Source: an uncultured delta proteobacterium
GTDB taxonomy: Bacteria; Desulfobacterota; Binatia; UBA9968
Direction of reading: 5' to 3'
Length of the DNA: 64,000 nucleotides
NCBI GenBank assembly: GCA_963804165.1
Contig: CAWDPO010000003.1
Location: forward strand, 1 to 64,000
A program made the position numbers and the translations under genes. Positions 1 through 9,548 of this stretch are shown here, piece after piece. The notes under the pieces are model-generated. The model was not told where the DNA came from and did not search any database. It saw only the letters and a list, made by a program, of their open reading frames with translations. Every line of letters starts with the position of its first letter. Within the stretch, counting starts at the first letter, position 1.

Positions 1-3000
1 AGCTCACCGACGGATATCCAGCCCGTGCTCGACGCCGTCGCAGAAAGCGCTGCACGTTTATGTGATTCCCATGATGCTCAAATTTATCGAGTCGAGGGTG
101 ACTTGGAGCGAAAAGTGGCGAGCTACGGGCCGATCTCGCCCGTCTTTGCAGTCGGGCAAACCCGGCCGATCAGGCGCGGTTCTACTAGCGGTCGCGCGAT
201 ACTCGACCGGAAAACGATTCATGTCCGTGACATCGCGGTAGAGGCGGAGACAGAGTTTCCGGAATCTATGGCTCGTCAGCAACCACCAAGCGGCGTTCGC
301 ACGATACTCGCGACGCCGTTGCTTCGCGAAGGCTTGGCCATCGGGGTCATTCATATTCGCCGAAGAGAGGTCCGGCCATTCTCCGATAAACAAATCAAAT
401 TGTTGGAGACCTTCGCCCACCAAGCCGTGATCGCAATCGAGAACGTGCGCTTGTTCAAGGAGATCGAGGAGCGCAATGCGGAACTGCGCGAAGCCCTGGA
501 GCATCAGACGGCGACATCAGAGGTGCTCGGCATCATCAGCCGGTCGCCGACCGACGTGCAGCCGGTCCTCGACGCTATCGTCGAGAGCGCGGCCAAGGTT
601 TGCGGGATTGATGACGTAGTGCTGCGACTTCGCGAGGGAGACGACATGTTGCCGCGCGCCCATTTTGGTCCCATCCCATTTGGCCGTGTCGAAATCAGTA
701 TTGACGAGCCGCAGTTTCGCTGGGTGCGCGAGCATGGAGCGCTTCACGTTCCCGACGCCCGTGCGCAGAACGAATTCACGATGATAAGCGCGCGAACGTT
801 CTTAATCGTCCCACTTCACCAACAAGAAGAACTCATCGGGATACTGGTTGCGCGTCGCATCGAGGTCCGTCCGTTCACGCCGGCGCAGATCAAGCTATTA
901 GAAACCTTCGCCGATCAAGCCGTCATCGCCATTGAGAACGTCCGGCTGTTCCAAGAGCTCAAGGAATCATTAGAGCAGCAGACCGCGACCAGTGAAATTT
1001 TGGGGGTCATTGCCAGTTCGCCCACAGATATCCAGCCGGTGCTCGATGTCGTTGCCGAAAATGCGGCCAAGCTTTGCGACGCTAGAGATGCGATCATTCA
1101 CCGCCGAGAGGATGGTTTTGCTTACCCAGTGGCACGCTTTGGTCCGCTCGGCTTTACGAGGCCTGAGGGCGAACATTTCCTGCCTAGCAGAGGGGATCCC
1201 CCGGGTCGAGCAATGATAGACGGTAAAACGATTCATGTTCATGATATCGTTTCGGAACTCGACACCGAATTTCCCGAATCGAGATCCCATCAAAAGATTA
1301 GCGGTTCACGCACGATCGTAGCCACGCCTTTACTTCGCGAACGTGTGTCCATTGGCTCGATCATGATCCGGCGAACCGAGGTTCGCCCATTTTCCGACAA
1401 GCAGATGAAGTTGCTGGAAACGTTTGCCAGCCAAGCGGTTATTGCGATTGAGAACGTTCGCCTGTTCACCGAATTGGAGAAGCGCAATGCAGAACTGCGA
1501 GAGGCGCTCGAACATCAGACGGCAACATCGGAAGTGCTCGGCATCATCAGCCGCTCGCCCACAGACGTGCAGCCGGTGCTCGACGCGATCGTGGAGAGCG
1601 CAGCGCGGGTTTGTGGAATCGATGACCTAGTGCTGCGGCTTCGTGAGGGAAATGTGATGGTCGCGCGAGCTCATGTTGGTTCCATACCGATACCTTCTAG
1701 CCGCGTCGAAATGAGTATCGATGATACGCGGTTTCGGTGGTTGCGCGAGCGAGGGACCTTGCACATTCCCGACCGCCGCGAGCAGGATATCATTCCAAGC
1801 GTGGGTTCCGTTAGCGAGTGGCGCAGCTGGCTAGGTGTTCCACTTCGGCAGCAGGGGGAACTGATTGGGGACTCTTCGCACACGTCGCATCGAAGCGCGG
1901 CCTTTTACTCCACCGCAAATCAAACTGGTTGAAACCTTCGCCGATCAGGCAGTCATAGCCATCGAGAACGTTCGGCTCTTTAAACGAGTTAAAGGAGTCG
2001 TTGGAACAGCAGACTGCCACGAGTGAGATCTTAGGCGTCATCGCCAGTTCGCCGACGGATATTCAGCCAGTGCTAGACGCAGTTGCCGAAAACGCCGCGC
2101 GCCTGTGTGATGCGAACGACGCTTTGATTAATCGCATCGATGGTGATTCCTTGAAGCAGGCGGCTCATTATGGACCGCTGCTAGCGAGGTTGGGTTCAGG
2201 TCCACCCGCATTCGACCGCGGCTCTATAGCCGCGCGAGCCATAATTGACCGGAAAACTATTTACATTCATGACCTATGCAACGGAACCAGAGGATGACCT
2301 GCCGGCAGCTTTCGCCAGACGTGTCGGTGTTCGGACTGTGGTTGCCACGCCGCTGCTGCGCGAGGGAATCCGCTCGGGACGATCCAGATCCGCCGACTAG
2401 AGGTCCGTCCCTTCACAGACAGACAAATCAAACTACTCGAAACTTTCGCCGATCAAGCAGTGATTGCCATCGAGAACGTGCGTCTCTTCCGTGAACTTGG
2501 CGAGCGCAACGCTGAATTGCGTGAAGCGCTGGAGCATCAGACGGCAACGGCCGAGGTGCTCGGTATCATCAGCCGCTCGCCGACGGATGTGCAGCCCGTG
2601 CTCGACGCCATAGTTGAGAGCGCGGCGCGGGTTTGTGGGATTGAATACCTAACGCTGCGCCTACGCGAAGGGTCCATGCTTGTTCCGCGGGCTCATTTCG
2701 GTTCTATGCCCACCGCCCGTGCTGAGGTTAGCATTGACGAGCCGTGGTTTCGCTGGATACGTGACCATGGCACGCTCCACGTTAGCGACGCCCGTGCCGC
2801 GCAGGACGATTTCCCGACGTTGGGGTACCGCTGGCAATTCCGCACCTTCCTGGCCGTTCCCCTTAATCAGAAGGGGGAATTCATTGGCGGGCTGATCGCA
2901 CGTCGCACGGAGGTGCGCCCCTTCACCCCGGCGCAGATTAAACTCCTTGAAAGCTTTGCCGACCAGGCCGTTATCGCCATCGAGAACGTCCGGCTATTCC

Positions 3001-4779
3001 AGGAACTCAAAGAGTCGTTGGAGCAGCAGACGGCGACTAGCGAGATCTTGGGCGTCATCGCCAGCTCGCCGACGGATATTCAGCCGGTGCTGGAGGCCGT
3101 TGCGGGAAGCGCCGCACGGCTGTGCGATGCAACCGATGCGCATATCCGATTGGTCGATGGCGATTCACTTCGATCTGGCCGCTTCTTGCGGCGCAATATT
3201 GCCGCCCCCGGAATACATACCTATCGATCGACAGCGATTATCCGGCAGAGCTTTACTGAACCGGGAAACAATTCACGTCCATGATATGGCCACGGACGCC
3301 GAAACTGAATTTCCGGAAAACAAAGCTCTCCAGGAACGAACCGGGACTCGGACTGTTATCAGCACACCCTTGCTTCGAGAGGGTGCTGGGCTAGGCGTAA
3401 TTGTAATCCGTCGCACGGAAGTTCGTCCCTTCACCGAAAAACAAATCGCCCTTCTTAAGACCTTCGCCGATCAAGCGGTCATCGCGATTGAAAACGTACG
3501 CTTGTTCCAGGAACTGCAGGCGCGCACGCAAGAACTGGTGCAATCCGTTGGGGAGCTCAAAGCCCTCGGCGAAGTCAGCCAGGTAGTCAGCTCGACTTTG
3601 GACCTCGAAGCCGTGCTGACGAGAATCGTTTCCCACGCGGTCCAGCTCAGCGGTACCGACGGTGGAGCCATTTACGAATACGACGAGTCATCCGAAGAGT
3701 TTCTGCTCCGTGCCACGGATCACATGGAAGATGAACTCATCAACGCCCTTCGCGCCAATCCGCCGCGACTGGGCGACGGAGTAGTCGGTCGGGCGACCGG
3801 CAGCCGGGAGCCGGTGCAGGTTCCCAATATCCTCGAAGAGCGTGGTTACGCCCCGCGCATGCGTGAGTTGCTGGCGCGTTTTGGGTTTCGTGCCAGCCTG
3901 GCGGTCCCCTTGCTGCGTGAGGACCGCATTGTTGGAGCTTTGGTAGTGCGGCGAAAATCGACCGGGGAGTTTCGTCCCGAAGTAGTCGAGCTTATGAAAA
4001 CCTTTGCCACCCAATCAGTATTGGCCATCCAGAACGCCCGGCTGTTTCGTGAGATCGAGGACAAGAGCCGGCAGATCGAAGCCGCTAACCGGCACAAGTC
4101 GGAGTTTCTCGCCAACATGTCCCATGAACTTAGAACCCCGCTCAATGCGATTATCGGGTTCTCTGAAGTTTTGCAGGAGAGACTCTTTGGCGAGCTAAAC
4201 GAGAAGCAGGCCGAGTACACCGACGACATTCTCACCTCCGGCCGCCATCTCTTATCTCTCATCAACGAGATCCTCGATCTGTCCAAGGTCGAAGCCGGGC
4301 GCATGGAATTAGAAGTCACTATCTTTGATCTCCCCCTGGCCATCGACAACGCCCGCACGTTTGTGAGAGAGCGGGCCACCAAGCACGGTATTAATCTAGA
4401 CGTTACCATCGACGAGTGTCTTGGCGATTTCCAAGGCGACGAGCGCAAGATCAAACAGATTCTACTGAATCTCCTTTCCAACGCGGTGAAGTTCACGCCT
4501 GAAGGAGGACGGATCGGAATCCACGCCAAGAAGGTCGATGGTGCTGCGGAGATCTCGGTCAGCGATACGGGCATCGGTATCTCGCCAGAGGACCAGGAAA
4601 GGATTTTCGAGGAATTTCGGCAGGTGGGAGGCGACTACGCACATAAGACAGAAGGAACCGGGCTCGGCTTAACCTTGGCCAAGAAGTTCGTCGAGCTGCA
4701 TGGCGGAAAAATCTGGGTTGAGAGCGAGTTAGGCAAGGGCAGTAGGTTTACTTTTACCCTCCCGGTGCAATCAGCGTAA
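1..4779 (+). CDS. Multi-GAF sensor histidine kinase (at least 8 GAF domains + HisKA + HATPase_c); begins upstream of the window and is split by frameshifts near 1870-1980, 2280-2370 and 3170
   Basis: ORFs 25-1932, 2001-2297, 2460-3284 and 2947-4779 all carry the repeated SPTD(I/V)QPVLD...[15 protein letters not shown] unit. The C-terminus has the H-box [16 protein letters not shown], the N-box [14 protein letters not shown] and the G-boxes DTGIGI and GTGLGL. Confidence 0.9.
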
Positions 4780-4834
4780 AGGGTTATAGGGAACCAGTGA
4801 GAAATAGAATCGCCCAGAGCTTGAAGGAATAAAC

Positions 4835-5230
4835 ATGGCCGGCGAGCTGATCCTCATCATCGAAGACAACGAGAAGAACCGAAAGCTCGTCCGCGACGTG
4901 CTCCAGGTTAAAGGTTATAGGACCAAAGAGAGCGAGACAGCCGAAGAGGGACTTAAGCTCGCTATAGAGAAATCTCCTGACCTCATTCTCATGGACATCC
5001 AGCTCCCCGGGATGGACGGAATTACCGCGCTCAAGCATCTAAGGACCGACCCAGAAACGCAAAGCATCCCTGTTATTGCGATCACGGCGTCCGCCATGAC
5101 GTACAACCGCGTGACAATGGCGGCGGAAGGCTTCGACGGTTATCAGACCAAGCCGATCAGCGTGAAGGACTTTCTTGGCGAGGTACAAAGAGTCCTCGAA
5201 TCACATAGCACCAGGAACACGGTATTATAA
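4835..5230 (+). CDS. Single-domain response regulator (CheY/DivK-like receiver)
   Basis: ILIIEDN, LILMDIQLPGMDG, IAITA and TKP receiver motifs; directly downstream of the kinase. Confidence 0.93.
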   Translation: MAGELILIIEDNEKNRKLVRDVLQVKGYRTKESETAEEGLKLAIEKSPDLILMDIQLPGMDGITALKHLRTDPETQSIPVIAITASAMTYNRVTMAAEGFDGYQTKPISVKDFLGEVQRVLESHSTRNTVL

Positions 5231-5331
5231 CAGAGCCGCAGCATACAGCGTTGAAACTGGCAAATAGCGGCGACTTGTTGTGAGCGCGGCTGCGGGGATT
5301 TATCTAGGAATAGACACGCTCATGCGGCCTG

Positions 5332-5351
5332 ACTTTGCCACAACTTTGCCA
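5332..5351. repeat. Direct repeat doublet ACTTTGCCA-N2-ACTTTGCCA (11-bp period), resembling an integrase arm-type site
   Basis: Copies at 5332-5340 and 5343-5351, at the left edge of the terminase module. Confidence 0.6.
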
Positions 5352-5386
5352 GAACCATTTGCTCGAATCGTAGCGGGCAACGACTT

Positions 5387-6016
5387 TTATCGCCGATCAA
5401 AGTCGTATCGTTTTACCTCGGCTCGTTGCTGGAACTGCGCCTGGCGCTGCGGTTTGAGCACAGGGCGCAAGATTTCCTGCAATGCCTCCTCCGACAATCG
5501 AGCACCGTGGTACACCGCCGCGACTGCCGGATAGCAGTCCATCACGCGCCGCAGCATGTTTCCAAATAGATCGCCCTGCGGGTCGGTCCCGGGCAGGTGA
5601 ACGGGTCCTGCGCTCGCGTTGCGCATCAACCGCAGGGCCTCGGAGTTCAGAAAGTCTCCGGCGGTGCGCTGGCCCAGGTCCGCGAAGTTCGCGCTCACGA
5701 CGTGTAACGCCAACGAGAGGTCAACTTGATGGTCGGCGAGGCGCGGCAATGCGAGAATCACATTCGACAACTCAGTCAAGCCGCGACTGCCCGCGACCTC
5801 GACTTCGGTTATCCCGCCGTCCGTTTGAAATATCCTCCAGTTGCCGTGCTCGGGGTTGGGGCTCAGGCCGTATTTTTGAACCGCTTCCGCTTTACGCTCC
5901 GCACGTTCACTACGGACTTCCATGAATTTCTCGCGATAGAGTTTCAAGTTGCCGTTGCAGCGTCGCAGCGCCGCCTCGCCATCAATGTTCCACTGAACTC
6001 GGGTGGGATCATTCAT
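5387..6016 (-). CDS. Hypothetical protein downstream of terL
   Basis: 209-aa ORF with a good RBS (AAGGAGG), co-oriented with terL; no motif recognised. Confidence 0.65.
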   Translation of the reverse strand: MNDPTRVQWNIDGEAALRRCNGNLKLYREKFMEVRSERAERKAEAVQKYGLSPNPEHGNWRIFQTDGGITEVEVAGSRGLTELSNVILALPRLADHQVDLSLALHVVSANFADLGQRTAGDFLNSEALRLMRNASAGPVHLPGTDPQGDLFGNMLRRVMDCYPAVAAVYHGARLSEEALQEILRPVLKPQRQAQFQQRAEVKRYDFDRR

Positions 6017-6062
6017 AAATGCCTCCTTGTCTCGCTCATTTCATTATTTCATACTCCTTTAG

Positions 6063-7571
6063 CTACCAATCGAAGTCGCGCCGAAACAAACTCCCGGAAT
6101 CCCAAGCCGCGGCGATACTGCCGCCGTGAGGCTCGTCATCACGCTGATCGCCCCAGTCCCGTTCTCGCGATATTAAGCGCTCACCGACAAGCGAGATACC
6201 CTTTGTGTCGACCCACCCTTGCTGCAAGAGGCTCGTAAGTCGCGCCGCCGCGGTGCTGAAATCGTCGTGCTCGTTGGCCACGTGATCGATGCGCGAACCT
6301 TTCCACACCAGGGACAGAAATTGATTTTGCAGCTTGTCGTTATCGAGCAAGACCACTTGGCCGCTGTTTAACCGCGGCCCAAAACTCTCATAGCATTGGT
6401 GAGTAGTGAGATCGGACAATCGGCAGCCGATGCCGTGCTGCCCGAACGCGCTGGTGAAAGTGTTAAAAGCAAACCGATCCAAGGTAAGCGCGGAAACGTG
6501 GTAGCGCTTCAAGATCTCGGAGAAGAACTTGACCGCCTTGAGAGGATCGAACGGTGCGGACGCCTGCTGATCCTGGATCAGATCGGCGATAACACGCGAC
6601 TCCTGATCCAAGTGACCTATGCACAGCACGGAATCGTCGTTGCTGCCGTCCGACATGTCACAAGCCGCTGCGTAGTTGACGCCCTCGACCGGGTACCGCA
6701 CCTTGACGCCCACGGGGATCGAGTTGAGAATCGACTCGGCGGCGAACGCAGCGCCCTGAGGCTGTCCACCGACGTTCTCGTGCAGACGGCGGAAGAGATG
6801 ACCGGGCAGGCGCAAGCGCTGCTGCTCGACGTATTCGTTGAATCCGTCGACGAAGACGAGCGAGGGGTTGGCGCGTTCAACGCCCGTTGGCTTGCTGGCA
6901 AAGTCAGGATCGGTGCAATGATCATTCGCGTACCAGGAAAAGTAATACCGGCGATCAGTACCAGCCTTGCCGGACTGCACTAGATCAAACATGGGAACGC
7001 CGGGACGCCGAATCAAAGTGTCATAGGATTCGAAAAACACGAGCGCGTCCTGCCGGTGCGGATCCAACTGCAGTCCCTCAAGGAGGGCGTAGTCGCGCTG
7101 AGTGTGGATCTCATTGCATCCGAGGAACAGAAACGACTTGCCGTGCTGCCCTGAGGTGTCACGCCCGGAGATGATGCGCAGGAACCCGTTGCCGTCGCGC
7201 CGCAGGACCTCGTTCTTCTTAATCAGTAAACGCCTGTTCAGCTCCGGGTTGACGCGGATCAACTTTTTGACTAAATCGAGGCACTCCCCGGCCTGCTCGA
7301 TGTCGAAACTGACGACCAAGCAGTCGTTGCCGAGCGGAGTTTTCCAGGCGATCAATCGGTGCGCCGCCGCGAACAACATGTCAGCGGTCTTCCAGTTCTT
7401 CTTGCCACGCCCGGTCAATGCTTGGTTGTAGCGCGGGCGCCCGTCCGGGTCGGTGGTGTCGACGATCTCCGTGAGAATCTTTCGTCTGTACGGCTCGACG
7501 ACGTCGAGCAACGGCCTCTTGTCGATCCACCGGAGCGAGGAAAGAAAATCGAGGATGGGGACTTGTCGCAT
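6063..7571 (-). CDS. Phage terminase large subunit (Terminase_1-like ATPase + RNase H-like nuclease)
   Basis: Walker A-like GRGKKNWKT, EQA motif, Walker B-like FLGCNEIH, ANPSL linker, and nuclease acidic residues in AACDMS...DDSV...HDDF; 502 aa. Confidence 0.85.
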   Translation of the reverse strand: MRQVPILDFLSSLRWIDKRPLLDVVEPYRRKILTEIVDTTDPDGRPRYNQALTGRGKKNWKTADMLFAAAHRLIAWKTPLGNDCLVVSFDIEQAGECLDLVKKLIRVNPELNRRLLIKKNEVLRRDGNGFLRIISGRDTSGQHGKSFLFLGCNEIHTQRDYALLEGLQLDPHRQDALVFFESYDTLIRRPGVPMFDLVQSGKAGTDRRYYFSWYANDHCTDPDFASKPTGVERANPSLVFVDGFNEYVEQQRLRLPGHLFRRLHENVGGQPQGAAFAAESILNSIPVGVKVRYPVEGVNYAAACDMSDGSNDDSVLCIGHLDQESRVIADLIQDQQASAPFDPLKAVKFFSEILKRYHVSALTLDRFAFNTFTSAFGQHGIGCRLSDLTTHQCYESFGPRLNSGQVVLLDNDKLQNQFLSLVWKGSRIDHVANEHDDFSTAAARLTSLLQQGWVDTKGISLVGERLISRERDWGDQRDDEPHGGSIAAAWDSGSLFRRDFDW

Positions 7572-7763
7572 TCAACTGCCCTCGGCGGCGCGCTCGGGCG
7601 CGATCGGCAGCTTGCCTCTGATCCGGATCATGCCCTCGCGGAGGCTCAACCTAGCGAGGGTGGCTTGGTTGATTCCCAGTTTCCAAGCCGTGTCCGCGAG
7701 TTGGATCTTATCGGCGCCGCTGATCCTGACCTGCAAGAGCGTGTCGAAGCGTTTCGTGCGCAT
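7572..7763 (-). CDS. Small putative DNA-binding protein (ribbon-helix-helix/CopG-like)
   Basis: RBS AGGAGA before the ATG at 7763; LLQVRIS strand followed by two helices; its TGA abuts the terL ATG (TGAATG). Confidence 0.5.
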   Translation of the reverse strand: MRTKRFDTLLQVRISGADKIQLADTAWKLGINQATLARLSLREGMIRIRGKLPIAPERAAEGS

Positions 7764-7778
7764 GGGTTCTCCTAAAAG

Positions 7779-7837
7779 AAAAAGGCGCAAAGAGGAGAAA
7801 CGTCGCCGTCGACGAGTCTGCCCTCTGCGCCTTTTTT
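7779..7837 (-). terminator. Long hairpin with U-tract (intrinsic terminator/attenuator) just upstream of the small gene-terL unit
   Basis: Minus strand: AAAAAAGGCGCAGAGG...CGTCG-ACGG-CGACG...CCTCTTTGCGCCTTTTTCTTTT, followed directly by AGGAGA. Confidence 0.6.
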
Positions 7838-7899
7838 GAAACCCGCTTAACTAACTGCGCTCGACACTACAGCATAGCGCCGAGAAAGAAAACCCGAAT

Positions 7900-8178
7900 C
7901 TATTTCTCGATTGCGTCGAGTCTGGCGACAAACGCGACAACGCCGACTCTATCCATCAGTTTTTTCGCCCTGCGCAAAACGAAACCGTCCATCCTGCAGT
8001 GCGGCGAGCAGTACCGGCCATGTTTTCCTTTTGGCGATCTCTTCGCCACGCCATCGCAGAACGGCGACGCGCATTTGCATGGCTGGTTCTGCGTTAACGC
8101 AGCGCCGCGCGACTTTTGAGGATCGGCTGGACTGTTTTCCATGCCCGTCTCAATTGGTGCGTTAACGCTTGTCGTCAT
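7900..8178 (-). CDS. Small Cys-rich (zinc-finger-like) protein
   Basis: CKCASPFC...YCSPHC; ATG at 8178 preceded by GAGGGTGA. Confidence 0.5.
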   Translation of the reverse strand: MTTSVNAPIETGMENSPADPQKSRGAALTQNQPCKCASPFCDGVAKRSPKGKHGRYCSPHCRMDGFVLRRAKKLMDRVGVVAFVARLDAIEK

Positions 8179-8642
8179 TGTTATCACCCTCGTTACCGCT
8201 GCCCTGATCGTTCGCCGCATCGGTTTTAGGCTCGCGCTCCCACGGCCACAGGTCGGCGTCCTTGGCCACGCGCTTCAAACCCAAGTCCTCAGAGTCCTCG
8301 TCAATCCGTCGGCTATTGTCTGCCTTTGCTGGACCACGGACAGGATCGTTTTCTTGCGCGAGTTAATCAAACTCGGCTGCCCGAGAATCCAGTTGTCGAT
8401 TGAGTCCAGCATGATCTTGGACCGCGCCGCCAGCTCGATCAGCGTTGCCTGCGCCGTCGAGATCGAGTCCTCGCCGCCCAAGTCCCGGATCAGATCGGCT
8501 TTCCACTTCCGCAGCGCGACGCCTACAGAGGATCTCCCGTCTATGGCGCGTGACCCGAGATCGATCAGCTCGCGACGCAGCGTGTAGAGCCCCGTCTTGC
8601 GATACTCCCGAGGGCTTTCTGTTTAGGTTCTGCGCCCATCAT
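8162..8642 (-). CDS. Putative terminase small subunit-like protein (two frameshifts, near 8613 and 8290)
   Basis: Joined frames read MMGAEPKQKA/PREYRKTGLYTLRRELIDLGSRAIDGRSSVGVALRKWKADLIRDLGGEDSISTAQATLIELAARSKIMLDSIDNWIL.../DLGLKRVAK. KTGLY resembles the KHGLY motif of TerS proteins; helical protein upstream of terL. Confidence 0.5.
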
Positions 8643-8669
8643 GCGCGCCTCGCGGACACAGACTGCATA

Positions 8670-8830
8670 GGTAGCAGGGCGGTAGCAACCGGACACAAGC
8701 CGCAGAACTCGTTGGGATATTTTCCATGACGCAGTGACGGTAACTGTAGCAGCGGCTGCTTTGAATTGTCGCATCGGCGGCTTCTCGGCCACAGGCAGCT
8801 TGGGCTGCTACCTGCTACCGCCTTGCTACC
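8670..8830. repeat. Symmetric site: GGTAGCA x2 (8670, 8681) facing TGCTACC x3 (8806, 8813, 8824), with central palindrome AGCAGC-G-GCTGCT (8748-8760)
   Basis: The 18-bp arms GGTAGCAGGGCGGTAGCA and TGCTACCGCCTTGCTACC are inverted copies with one mismatch; read directly from the sequence. Confidence 0.75.
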
Positions 8831-8979
8831 GGAATGAGCCGGAACGGGGCTAAACAGGGACGGTGAGTTGCGGTGTAAAGCTAGGCAATTCGGCTCTCTC
8901 TTACGGCTGGGTCCATACCATTCAGGCTTGAACGAGAATGCTTGAACTGCGGCGCCGTGAGCGGCTGCTCGTAATTGGC

Positions 8980-9037
8980 ATTCTCACAGTAATTCTCACC
9001 CAAGAGTAACGGGCCGGTTAGAACGTATCTACCGGCC
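8980..9037. repeat. ATTCTCAC doublet (8980, 8992) followed by a GGCCGGT...ACCGGCC hairpin
   Basis: 8-bp direct repeat with 12-bp period; hairpin at 9012-9037. Confidence 0.45.
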
Positions 9038-9060
9038 TGTTGCATTTTGAGCCGAAAGAA

Positions 9061-9157
9061 ACCCGCCGTGATGCAACGCTACAATGCACACCGGCTACGG
9101 AAGGTGGAATCACCAACAAGGTTTGGGAATTGACGGACCTTGTGCATTTATTACTTG
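9061..9157 (+). pseudogene. C-terminal remnant of an IS1-like DDE transposase
   Basis: ATLQCTPATEGGITNKVWELTDLV resembles the common C-terminal motif (H.TL..TPAMEAGITD.VW...DL) of IS1-like transposases. Confidence 0.5.
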
Positions 9158-9548
9158 TAGAAAGGGCGACTCTATATGCCAGTAGCATTCACACCCGTTC
9201 ACAAGCCATGCGGGCATTTACGCAACCTCAACGATCTTACCAATGTTGAGCTTCGATCAGGAAAAGTGCTGCCGTTGTTTGGAAATAGAAATCGGATATT
9301 GTCCAGAAAGAGCCACGGATGGCAGGTAATATGTGGCAAACGAAACGATCAAAATTCAAGCTGAACCACTACCGCTTCTTCGATCATCTAGTCGACATCG
9401 ATTCTGATTGATAGGGCGGCGGTTGCCATGGTGGCAGACTTAGCCGGGAACGAACTTAATCGGTGCCAGCGTTGTGTGTAAGAACACCATACAGACGCGG
9501 TGTCGTTATTATTGAAACACGATTCGCGTATCGACCACGGAGGATCGC

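Larger units (their letters stand above)
5300..8830 (-). mobile_element. Compact phage-derived terminase module (satellite-like element or prophage remnant)
   Basis: Five co-oriented minus-strand ORFs including TerL and a TerS-like gene, with short phased repeat doublets at both ends. Boundaries are approximate. Confidence 0.55.
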
